This document shows positions 1 to 8,977 of a stretch of DNA of 18,233 nucleotides, in pieces (within the stretch, counting starts at the first letter, position 1; every line of letters starts with the position of its first letter). Location of the stretch: positions 1 to 18,233 of the forward strand of contig JBBDRO010000097.1 in the NCBI GenBank assembly GCA_040905425.1, in the 5' to 3' direction. A model generated the notes under the pieces. It worked only from the letters and a program-made list of their open reading frames with translations. It was not told the DNA's origin and did not search any database. Position numbers and translations under genes: made by a program. Source of the DNA: Gemmatimonadota bacterium. Lineage in GTDB: Bacteria; Gemmatimonadota; Gemmatimonadetes; Longimicrobiales; RSA9.

Positions 1-1
1 C

Positions 2-418
2 GGGGGGCGGGTCCCGCCGCGCGAGCGCGGCGCGGCCATCGAACAGGTCTACCTGTCCCCCGCCGATCCCCAGGTGCGCATCCGTAAGGTGGACGGCCGC
101 TACGTGCAGACGGTCAAGGAGAAGGCCACCCGCATGGAGGTGGAGTTCCCGCTTCAGGCGGAGGTGGGGCGTGCCCTCTTCGAGCTGGCTATCACCGCGC
201 CCATCCGCAAGACGCGCTTCGTGGAGGGTCCCTGGGAGATCGACGTCTTCCACGGCCGCTTCGACGGGCTGGTCTATCTGGAGATCGAGGATCCGCCCCG
301 CACGCTGCCCCCGGTGCCCGGCTGGGTGGAGGTGGTGGGGCCCGCCTCCGCGGGCAACGTGAGGATGGCCACCATGAATGAGCGGAGCATCCGCGCGCTG
401 GTGGCCCGCTCACGCTGA
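2..418 (+). CDS. CYTH (class IV adenylate cyclase / triphosphate tunnel metalloenzyme) family protein, 5'-truncated by window edge
   Basis: The frame is open from base 2. Translation gives IEQVYL..VRIRK..YVQTVK..RMEVEF..IRKTRF..WEIDVFHG..GLVYLEIE, the typical CYTH motif order. The N-terminal ExExK motif would lie upstream of the window. Confidence 0.85.
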   Translation, partial: GGRVPPRERGAAIEQVYLSPADPQVRIRKVDGRYVQTVKEKATRMEVEFPLQAEVGRALFELAITAPIRKTRFVEGPWEIDVFHGRFDGLVYLEIEDPPRTLPPVPGWVEVVGPASAGNVRMATMNERSIRALVARSR

Positions 419-486
419 GGTGGCGCGCCCCCCGGTGGTGGCGGGCGCAACAAGGACCTGCCCCGTCTCCGCCCCCCGCACGGTCG

Positions 487-515
487 TGGACTTTCCGCGA
501 ACTTTCCCACACCTT
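487..515 (+). promoter_or_regulatory. Putative sigma70-type promoter for a leaderless transcript
   Basis: TGGACT (487-492), 17 nt, CACCTT (510-515), then ATG at 522 six nt later with no Shine-Dalgarno. ACTTTCC is repeated at 490 and 501. Confidence 0.4.
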
Positions 516-521
516 GCACGC

Positions 522-2381
522 ATGGACCCCTCCTCCCAACCCGCGCGCGGTAGCTACACCCCCACCGGTTGGCGCATCACCGGCTCCGGGGCGGGTGAGA
601 TCGTGGAGCGTTCCTCCGCGGCCGCCGCCCGCCTGCGCCCCGGCACCCCGCGGGAGACCCTCTTTGCCCTCCAGTGCACGGTGAACCCGGTGGTGCGCGG
701 CCGCCCGGCCGCGGAGCTGCTGCTGGAGGCCATCACCGATGACATCCGCCTGACGTGGCCCGAATGTCCGCGGCTGCTGCGCGACGAGGAGGTGGCGCGG
801 ACCCCGTCGCGCTTCGGCGGACTGCGCTATCAGGTCCGTGAGGAGCCCGGTACGGAGTGGCTGGGGGAGGTCATCTGGCGCTCGGTGCACCCCGTGGTGG
901 CGGGCGCCCCCATTACCACGCGGGTACTGCTCGAGGAGCGCAGCCATTACACGCGGGTGAACGTGCGGGTCACGGCCGACGAGGGCACGTTCAGCGTGCG
1001 CGGTTACGTGGGAGCCGGCCAGGCGCAGCCCGCCTTCCTGCGTGCGCTGGCGGGAGAGGGCAGCCTCACCTGGATGGGCGCGCCGGTGCGGCCGATCCCG
1101 CTCGGTCAAGGGGAGATCGCGGACTTCGTGGAGAGCGTACTCGCGGCGCCGGAGCGGGAACTCCCCGTGGCCGTGCTCGCCCCCACGGAGCGGGAGGAGT
1201 ACCTGGTGGATCCGGAGGACCTGGCGTGGCAGCTCCTGGGGCGGGCGCGCCTCTATTTCCTGCGCTTCCACGACCTCACGTTCGCGCTCACCGACACCAT
1301 CGGCGAGCGGCGCATGTCCGCCTACTGGGGCGCGGTGCACGGCTATTACCCCGGGTGGTCCCGGCACGACGACCCCATGGACCACCCGCTCCTGGTGGCG
1401 GATCGACTGGTGGATCCGGTGATCCGTGCCACCTGGCTGGGCGAGTTGGGGATGTGGCTGGGGGAGCGGGTTGAGCTGCCACCCCTGCTGGACGAGCGCT
1501 ACGAAGCGCCGGAGGAGGACGAGCCGGAGGAGGTGGATGAGGCGCCGGCCGCCGCCGCCGCCGCGGCGGCTGAGGCGGCTGAGGTGGAGATGGTGCCCGG
1601 TAGCGCGCCGGGCCCGCGGGAGAGCCCGGAGCCGAGCGCGCCGCCCACCCCCGCAGCCGCCGCTCCGCCCGCTACCTGGGCCGATCCCACGCCGCTCCTC
1701 TTCCGCCTCCTGGCTGACGTGGAGAAGGTGGCCGGTCTGGTCCGCGACCTGGCGGACGAGGTGGAGCGCCTGCGCACCATCGGCGCCGTGCGCTCCGCCA
1801 GCACCAGCGCCATCGAGCGTCGGCTGGGGCGGCTGGAGGCGTTCCTGGGGGAGGCGCTGGCCGGGGATGAGCCCGCGCAGGACGCCACCGGAGAGACGGG
1901 CGCCCCCGATCCCGCCGCGGAGGCGGAGGACGAGGGGCGCACCACCCTCGTGGAGGTGGTGGAGGGCGCCGCCGAGGCGCACGCCGACGCCCTGGTGTTC
2001 CTGGATTCGGCCCGTACCTCCGCAGCCGAGAGCCCCTTCGAGGACCCGGAGCGGGTGCGGGCGGTGCTGGACGCCATGGCCCGCGTAGCCAGGCAGCGGC
2101 GCGACGGCGTGCTGGGCACGTCGCTCCGGGAGGCCTTCCGCGACCTGGGTGTGGACTACCGCCCCGGCATAGCCAAAAGCACGTCGGGCCGGCTACGGGA
2201 GCAGTACCTCTTTACCGATGCCGCGGGCACCGCCGTGGAAGCGGTGGAGCACATTGCCCTGGGCGGCACCTACGACCCCCGCCGCTGTCTGCGCATCTAC
2301 TTCACCTCCCGCGTCCCCACCGAGCCGCGCTTCGTCATTGCCCACGTGGGGCGCCACTTCGAGGTGATGACCTCCACCTGA
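522..2381 (+). CDS. Hypothetical 619-aa multidomain protein with acidic/Pro-Ala linker, coiled coil and putative RelE/YafQ-like C-terminal domain
   Basis: Long ORF with GC3-rich codon usage from ATG 522 (the track's 378 start overlaps the CYTH gene). C-terminus reads EHIALGGTYDPRRCLRIYF..RFVIAHVGRH. The domain call is inference. Confidence 0.8.
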   Translation: MDPSSQPARGSYTPTGWRITGSGAGEIVERSSAAAARLRPGTPRETLFALQCTVNPVVRGRPAAELLLEAITDDIRLTWPECPRLLRDEEVARTPSRFGGLRYQVREEPGTEWLGEVIWRSVHPVVAGAPITTRVLLEERSHYTRVNVRVTADEGTFSVRGYVGAGQAQPAFLRALAGEGSLTWMGAPVRPIPLGQGEIADFVESVLAAPERELPVAVLAPTEREEYLVDPEDLAWQLLGRARLYFLRFHDLTFALTDTIGERRMSAYWGAVHGYYPGWSRHDDPMDHPLLVADRLVDPVIRATWLGELGMWLGERVELPPLLDERYEAPEEDEPEEVDEAPAAAAAAAAEAAEVEMVPGSAPGPRESPEPSAPPTPAAAAPPATWADPTPLLFRLLADVEKVAGLVRDLADEVERLRTIGAVRSASTSAIERRLGRLEAFLGEALAGDEPAQDATGETGAPDPAAEAEDEGRTTLVEVVEGAAEAHADALVFLDSARTSAAESPFEDPERVRAVLDAMARVARQRRDGVLGTSLREAFRDLGVDYRPGIAKSTSGRLREQYLFTDAAGTAVEAVEHIALGGTYDPRRCLRIYFTSRVPTEPRFVIAHVGRHFEVMTST

Positions 2382-2521
2382 GGGGGCGGAGACGTTGCGG
2401 GCCGTTTGTGCGCTGCCACGCATCCGCGCGACGCCAAGTGGACACGGAACCAGTGCGTGGGGAGAAGCGGCCGCCAGATCTGTGAGGGGGTGCTGCGCTG
2501 GAGGGCTGGCTAGGCCCGGAG

Positions 2522-2653
2522 TCAGCCCACCCGCGTGCGCCTCGTGTGCAGAACCTCGTCGGGGTCGAGGAGCCGGAGGTCCCCTGGGCGAACGTTGACA
2601 CGCACGGGTTCGTGGTTTCCGAACGTGAACTCGACCGTGAGCAGGCTGTCCAT
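2522..2653 (-). CDS. Possible 43-aa small protein or gene remnant (MDSLLTVEFTFGNHEPVRVNVRPGDLRLLDPDEVLHTRRTRVG)
   Basis: ATG at 2653 to TGA at 2522-2524. Codons mostly end in G/C and the composition is protein-like. No clear SD. Confidence 0.3.
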   Translation of the reverse strand: MDSLLTVEFTFGNHEPVRVNVRPGDLRLLDPDEVLHTRRTRVG

Positions 2654-2919
2654 GGCGCCCGGTGCTCGCTTCGTCGAACGCCACGCCGTGTTTCAGCCGG
2701 TTCAGGCGTTCCTTCCTCCAGTCCCAGTCGAATTCATAGGGCGCCTTTGGATTCAGGGCTCCGGGTGGGGCGGCGGGCCGCCGTGGATCGTTGTGTCGCC
2801 CGAGGGCGGAGTTAGATTCGGTACAGCGTACCCGCGGAGGTCACTGATATGAATGACCTGGCAAGAAATGCTGCACAGGTGGGGAGTCGGCTGACCTCGA
2901 CCCGGCTGCGGGCGGCACG

Positions 2920-3657
2920 ATGCTGACCAACGCGTATCAGGATGCCCGGCGTGCGCGCGCCTATGCCCGGCTGGAATTTCCGGCCAGCTACTACCTGGCG
3001 TTCCGGGACCTGCCCGCACTGCTGGCCGAGCACGTGGAGGAAACCGAGGCGCTGGACTTCGGGTGCGGGGCGGGGCGCTCCACGCGCTTCCTGGCGCGCC
3101 TGGGATACCACGTCACGGGCGTGGACGTGGCGGCGGACATGCTCGAGCGGGCACGCCTCCTCGATCCCGGCGGCAGCTACCACCTGATCGACGACCGCGC
3201 GGCGGATCCGCTGCAGCCGGTGGCCTCACGCCGCTTCGATGTGGTGCTGGCGGCCTACCCGTTCGACAACATCCCGGGCCGGGCGCACCGCGCGCGTCTG
3301 ATGGAGGCCATCCGGGGGGTGCTGCGCCCCGCCGGACGATTCCTCCTGCTGGCCTCCGCGCCCGAAATCTACACGCACGAGTGGGCCACCTTCACCACCG
3401 CGGCGTTTCCGGAGAACCGCCGGGCCGGCAGCGGTGACGTGGTGCGGATCGTCATCAAGGAGGGTGGCGACGACCGGCCGGTGGAGGACCTGCTCTGGTT
3501 GGACGAGGACTACCGGGAGACGTTCCGGCGGGCGGGCCTGGCCGTCCGGGCGGTCCACCGGCCACTGGCCCGTCCGGACGAGCCGTTCGAGTGGGTCAGC
3601 GAGGAGCGGGTCTCGCCCTGGGTGATCTACGTGACGGAGGTGGCTGGGCGACGGTAA
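2920..3657 (+). CDS. Class I SAM-dependent methyltransferase
   Basis: Motif I ALDFGCGAGRS, followed by VTGVDVAADML, FDVVLA and LRPAGRFLL. Confidence 0.93.
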   Translation: MLTNAYQDARRARAYARLEFPASYYLAFRDLPALLAEHVEETEALDFGCGAGRSTRFLARLGYHVTGVDVAADMLERARLLDPGGSYHLIDDRAADPLQPVASRRFDVVLAAYPFDNIPGRAHRARLMEAIRGVLRPAGRFLLLASAPEIYTHEWATFTTAAFPENRRAGSGDVVRIVIKEGGDDRPVEDLLWLDEDYRETFRRAGLAVRAVHRPLARPDEPFEWVSEERVSPWVIYVTEVAGRR

Positions 3658-3786
3658 CTGGACGCGAAACCGGTGTTTGGAGGAAAGCGGACGGGTTGTG
3701 GCCGTGATCACGACGCTGGGGAGTACATGCTGTCCTATGGGGGCGTTCCGCGTCCGGTTGACGTTGCTCCCCGGAGGAAAGACCGC

Positions 3787-3816
3787 TTGACTTCCTGACC
3801 CGGCGGACTCCATCTT
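3787..3816 (+). promoter_or_regulatory. Putative sigma70 promoter of the protease gene
   Basis: TTGACT (3787-3792), 18 nt, CATCTT (3811-3816). An AGGAG SD lies at 3872-3876 before ATG 3884. Confidence 0.45.
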
Positions 3817-3883
3817 CGAATCGGCGGGCTGCCAGGGCTCGTCGATCCACGCAGGACCCTCCCCCCTTCCCAGGAGCTGCAGG

Positions 3884-5149
<1,266 letters not shown>

Positions 5150-5176
5150 GGTCGTGAACGCCGAGCGGAGATAGTC

Positions 5177-5220
5177 CAGCCATCGTGGGCCGGGGAACCA
5201 TCCCCGGCCCACGCTGGCTG
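5177..5220 (+). terminator. Strong GC-rich hairpin downstream of the protease (terminator-like, no U-tract)
   Basis: CAGCCA-T-CGTGGGCCGGGGA / ACCA loop / TCCCCGGCCCACG-C-TGGCTG gives 19 bp with one mismatch. Confidence 0.5.
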
Positions 5221-5221
5221 C

Positions 5222-7477
5222 GTGCCAGATCCGCGCTACATCCTCGAAGTAAAAAAAGGCTCGACTTTGGCAGACACCGCCGTCCAGCAGGCTGACTTCC
5301 CCAAGCGAATTCTGCTACTGTCCCTGCTTTCGCTGCTCGTGCCCGTGCTCAGTTCCGTGCTGTACCCGGAATGGACCAGCGAGGACATGGGCATGCTGGT
5401 CTGGGTGCTAGCGCTTGCGCCGGCCTTCCTGCTCTCCTACTACCGCGGCTGGCGCGGCTCCTCCATGGCGCTCGCGGCCGGCATGGCCGCCTTCTCCCTG
5501 GGCCAGGCCATTCTGCTGTGGCAGGGTGCGGAGCCGCCGGGCACGGAGGTCACGCTGGCCATCGTGGCGGTGCTGCTGATGGTCACCCTGGGGAGCGGCT
5601 GGCTGGCGTCCGTGTTCCGCTCCTCGCTGCGGGCCTCGGAGAGCATGGCGCTCACCGATGCCGGCACCGGGCTGCCCAATCGCCGCCACGCCACCCTGCA
5701 CCTGGAGCGCGCCTTCGAGGCCGCGCGCCGTGGGAACCAGCTCTCCGTGGTGGCCTTCGACCTGGATCATTTCAAGGGCATCAACGACCGCTTCGGCCAC
5801 GCCACGGGGGATCGGGTGCTGGCCGATTTCGGCCGTCTGCTGCAGGGCAGGACCCGGCAGATGGCGCTCTCCGCCCGTACCGGCGGCGAGGAGTTCATCA
5901 GCATCCTGGACGGCGTGGGCGCCGATGGCGCGCAGGTGTTCGCCAATCGCGTGCTGGAGGATCTGCGCAAGCTGGAGTACCCGTGGGGCGGGGTGAGCGC
6001 GAGCGCCGGGATCGCCGAGTACGAGGCCGGCATGTCCTCTCCGGACGTCCTCCTGGCCGCGGCCGACCAGGCGCTCTACCGCGCCAAGCAGAGTGGTCGC
6101 GATCAGGTGGCCACGCTGGCTCCGATGGGCATACGGCAGGTGCCCGCCCCCGCGCCCGCCACCGCATCTGCCTCCCGGTCGACCGCCCGCGCGCCCGCCA
6201 CCGCATCTGCCTCCGCGGCGGCCGCGCCCGCCGCCGTGCCCGTGCCTGCCCCATCGCATGCGCCCGGCACCGCGGCCCCCGATCCCGCCTCCGAGCTGCC
6301 CCCCGGTGCCAGTCCGAGGCGGCCGCCCGCCGAACGGGGCAGCGGCGAGCTGATCCTGGTCCTGGATGACGACCCGGCCGTGCTGCGCATGATCAGCCGG
6401 GCCCTCCACCGGCTGGGCTATTCATCGTTGGAGGCAACCCGCCCCGAGCAGGCGCTGGAGATCGTGCGCGGCCTCTCCGAGCCGCTGGATCTGGTGTTGA
6501 CGGACGTGGTCATGCCCTCCATGAGCGGCTTTCGCCTGGTGGAGGTCCTGGAGGAGCAACAGGGGCCCGTGCGGGTGGTCTACATGTCGGGCTACCACAG
6601 GACGGACGTGGAGTGGGCCGGTACCCCGGGCGCGGTCCGCACCTTCCTGGAGAAGCCCATCGAGTTCAGCGTGCTGGCCCGCACCATCCGCGCGGCGCTG
6701 GACGTCCCGCTCTCGCCTCGGGACGCTCCTCCGTCCGAGGGGGATCGAGACGGCAGGGAGGACGGGGACGATGGGGAGGACGGGAATGACTCGCCGAGCG
6801 CGTTGCGGGCACGGCTGACCGCCCAGACCGCCATGCTCGAGGAGGCCGTCAGCGACGTGGTCCAGCGCCTGGCCTGGGCGGCCGAGTATCGCGACGACGT
6901 GACGGGGCAGCACGCCCAGCGGGTGGGCCTGCTCACGGGCCTGCTGGCCGAGGAGCTCGGCATCGAGGAGCCGCTCAGGGGCATCATGGCCGGCGCGGCG
7001 CCGCTGCACGATCTGGGCAAGATCGCCATCCCCGATGGCATCCTCCACAAGCCGGGGCCGCTCACGGCGTCCGAGCGGATCCTCATCGAGACGCATGCCA
7101 GTCTGGGCGCCGACCTGCTCTCCGGCAGCCGCCACCCGCTCATCCGCGAGGCCGAGCGCGTGGCCAGGAGCCATCACGAATGGTGGAACGGCAGCGGCTA
7201 CCCCGATGGACTGCGCGGCGAGGAGATCCCCCGCTCCGCCCGCATCGTGGCCGTGGCGGACGTCTTCGACAGCCTGACCCACGACCGCCCCTACCGCCCG
7301 GCGTGCACCATCGAGGAGACCATGGCCAGCATCGTGGAGGGCAGTGGAGTGCAGTTCGATCCCGCCGTCGTGGACGCCCTCAGCCGCCTGCGGGCGAGCG
7401 GTGCGCTGGCCCGGGTGGACGCTACGGAGATCGTGGCATGGCCGGATGCGGCGGGTGGGGAGGGGGAGGCGTGGTGA
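5222..7477 (+). CDS. Membrane-bound diguanylate cyclase / receiver / HD-GYP phosphodiesterase fusion (true start may be TTG 5267)
   Basis: About 4 N-terminal hydrophobic helices. GGDEF domain: TDAGTGLPNRR, DLDHFKGINDRFGH, RTGGEEF. REC: ILVLDDD..VLTDVVMP..MSG..EKP. HD-GYP: HAQRV, LHDLGK, HHEWWNGSGYP, VADVFDSL. Confidence 0.94.
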   Translation: MPDPRYILEVKKGSTLADTAVQQADFPKRILLLSLLSLLVPVLSSVLYPEWTSEDMGMLVWVLALAPAFLLSYYRGWRGSSMALAAGMAAFSLGQAILLWQGAEPPGTEVTLAIVAVLLMVTLGSGWLASVFRSSLRASESMALTDAGTGLPNRRHATLHLERAFEAARRGNQLSVVAFDLDHFKGINDRFGHATGDRVLADFGRLLQGRTRQMALSARTGGEEFISILDGVGADGAQVFANRVLEDLRKLEYPWGGVSASAGIAEYEAGMSSPDVLLAAADQALYRAKQSGRDQVATLAPMGIRQVPAPAPATASASRSTARAPATASASAAAAPAAVPVPAPSHAPGTAAPDPASELPPGASPRRPPAERGSGELILVLDDDPAVLRMISRALHRLGYSSLEATRPEQALEIVRGLSEPLDLVLTDVVMPSMSGFRLVEVLEEQQGPVRVVYMSGYHRTDVEWAGTPGAVRTFLEKPIEFSVLARTIRAALDVPLSPRDAPPSEGDRDGREDGDDGEDGNDSPSALRARLTAQTAMLEEAVSDVVQRLAWAAEYRDDVTGQHAQRVGLLTGLLAEELGIEEPLRGIMAGAAPLHDLGKIAIPDGILHKPGPLTASERILIETHASLGADLLSGSRHPLIREAERVARSHHEWWNGSGYPDGLRGEEIPRSARIVAVADVFDSLTHDRPYRPACTIEETMASIVEGSGVQFDPAVVDALSRLRASGALARVDATEIVAWPDAAGGEGEAW
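6151..6214 (+). repeat. 25-bp direct repeat (39-nt period) in the Ala/Pro linker
   Basis: CGCGCCCGCCACCGCATCTGCCTCC at 6151-6175 and 6190-6214, encoding APATASAS twice. Confidence 0.85.
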
Positions 7478-7510
7478 GCGGGGCGGCCCTGGCACCGCGT
7501 GATCTGACGT

Positions 7511-8845
7511 TCACTCCGGACGCAGTCGATACCGCACCACCCACGGCACGTCCAGCTCGTCCCGCTCCACCACCACGAACGCATCGCCCGAGGCCCACGA
7601 GATGGTGGCATTGCGCGGCAGGGTAAAGCGACCACGCGGGTCACCCTCCGGCCCGAGCACGATCCATCGGTCCCGCAGACGCCCGTCGTCGGTCCATCGG
7701 ATCCAGGCGCTGCCGTCCGCGCCGCCCACCACCGAGCGCACGGGCGGCGCGTAGGCCGGGAAGTCCATGGTCGAGCGGAGCACCCGCGCCACCGGCGCCG
7801 GGTCATCGAGCGGCGGGTCGCGCTGGACGGCGCCGTCCACGATGCGCACCATGCCTGAGCCCTGCACGGCGCTCCGCCATGCCAGCGAATCCAGGTAGGC
7901 TTCGGTGTATCCCTCCGGTGTGTAACTGTAGGTGCGGTGGTGCAGGGTGTCCCCGGTGAGCCCCGTGCGGGTGAAGGCGATTTCGGCGGCCGCCACGCTC
8001 GTGGGAGCGGACCCGGTAATGGTTACACGCCCGTCTTCGAGGGCGTAGCCCCGCGGGTCGTCGGCCGGGGGCCGCGGCGTGTTGAAGGTCCGCCCCTCCG
8101 CCTGGGTCGTGGGCCGATCACCGGGAGCTTCGAGCGCCGGCCGGGGATCGAAGCCGATCGTGTCGATGACGTTGCCGTCCAGGTCGAAGCGCACGCGAGG
8201 TACGCGCACCATCGAGCCGGGAGGCGGGCCCTCCGGACCGTTCCCGGCCGCCATGTCGCGCATGAAAATGGTGATCTCGCCCTCGAGGCTGCCGTCCCGC
8301 CGCCACCTGTAGGGCTGCAGCGATCCCGTGAAGCCATTGCCCATTGCCACGCTGACGGAACCGCTCAGGGACCGGGTAGTCAAGTGCTCGCCGGCGAGGC
8401 TGAAAAAGGAGATCCGTCCCCTACTGAACCCCCCCGATTCGATCACCCAAAGGGTGTCCCCCACGATGCCCAGCCTGCCCCGCGAACCGAACTCCCCCGG
8501 ACCCTGTCCCCGGCGCCCGAATGTGGCCACCCGCGCCCCGGTGGGATCCAGCACCCGGATCTCCAGGTCCTGGTTCTCGAACACGTAGAGGTTCCCCACC
8601 GGGTCCACAGCCATGGAGCCGGGAGAACTGAAGCCGGCCTCGGGATCGTCCACGCTCCCCACCCGGAAGACCTCCTCCAGCGTCAGCTCCGGGACGTTGT
8701 CCAGCTCGGCGCCGGCGGAGGCCGGCCCCGCGCGGCAGGCGGTCAGCAGGGCGGTGGGGAGCAGAGTGGCGGAGAGCAGAGTGGCGGAGAGCAGGAAGGC
8801 GGAGAACTGGGCCAGGAGAGCGGGGAGGGGGCGAACAGGCTTCAT
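7511..8845 (-). CDS. Six-bladed beta-propeller (NHL/TolB-like) lipoprotein, 444 aa
   Basis: GGAG SD before ATG 8845 (MKPVR..); lipobox LTAC. Motifs LTLEEVFRVG, AVDPVGNLYV, FGRRGQGPGEF, and C-terminal RDELDVPWVVRYRL. Confidence 0.85.
   Translation of the reverse strand: MKPVRPLPALLAQFSAFLLSATLLSATLLPTALLTACRAGPASAGAELDNVPELTLEEVFRVGSVDDPEAGFSSPGSMAVDPVGNLYVFENQDLEIRVLDPTGARVATFGRRGQGPGEFGSRGRLGIVGDTLWVIESGGFSRGRISFFSLAGEHLTTRSLSGSVSVAMGNGFTGSLQPYRWRRDGSLEGEITIFMRDMAAGNGPEGPPPGSMVRVPRVRFDLDGNVIDTIGFDPRPALEAPGDRPTTQAEGRTFNTPRPPADDPRGYALEDGRVTITGSAPTSVAAAEIAFTRTGLTGDTLHHRTYSYTPEGYTEAYLDSLAWRSAVQGSGMVRIVDGAVQRDPPLDDPAPVARVLRSTMDFPAYAPPVRSVVGGADGSAWIRWTDDGRLRDRWIVLGPEGDPRGRFTLPRNATISWASGDAFVVVERDELDVPWVVRYRLRPE
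8744..8803 (-). repeat. 15-nt tandem repeat (4 units, 2 identical) within the signal peptide
   Basis: + strand GAGCAGAGTGGCGGA occurs twice with degenerate flanking units. It encodes SAFLL-SATLL-SATLL-PTALL. Confidence 0.85.
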
Positions 8846-8977
8846 GGTGAACTCCACGCGGTGGTGGGGGCAACCTCGTGTCCAGAGACTTCCCGCAGGC
8901 CATCGTTCCTGAACTATCAGGCTAGTTGATCTGTTCGCAGCGGGCAAGCGTACGCGCGCGCCGCAGGAGTGGGCCGC

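Noticed and set aside
192..1982. 596-aa minus-strand ORF and other long overlapping ORFs (e.g. 10210-11880, 12954-14690)
   Set aside because: Shadow frames typical of high-GC coding DNA, with no recognisable motifs and lying opposite well-supported genes.
3765..3790. SRP (4.5S) RNA core
   Set aside because: CCGGAGGAAAG only loosely resembles the CAGG..GGAA..AGCAG helix-8 motif, and the flanking conserved bases are missing.
8884..8912. ECF sigma promoter (GGAAC..GTCT) upstream of the beta-propeller gene
   Set aside because: The 15-nt spacing is shorter than typical, and the match is too short to support.
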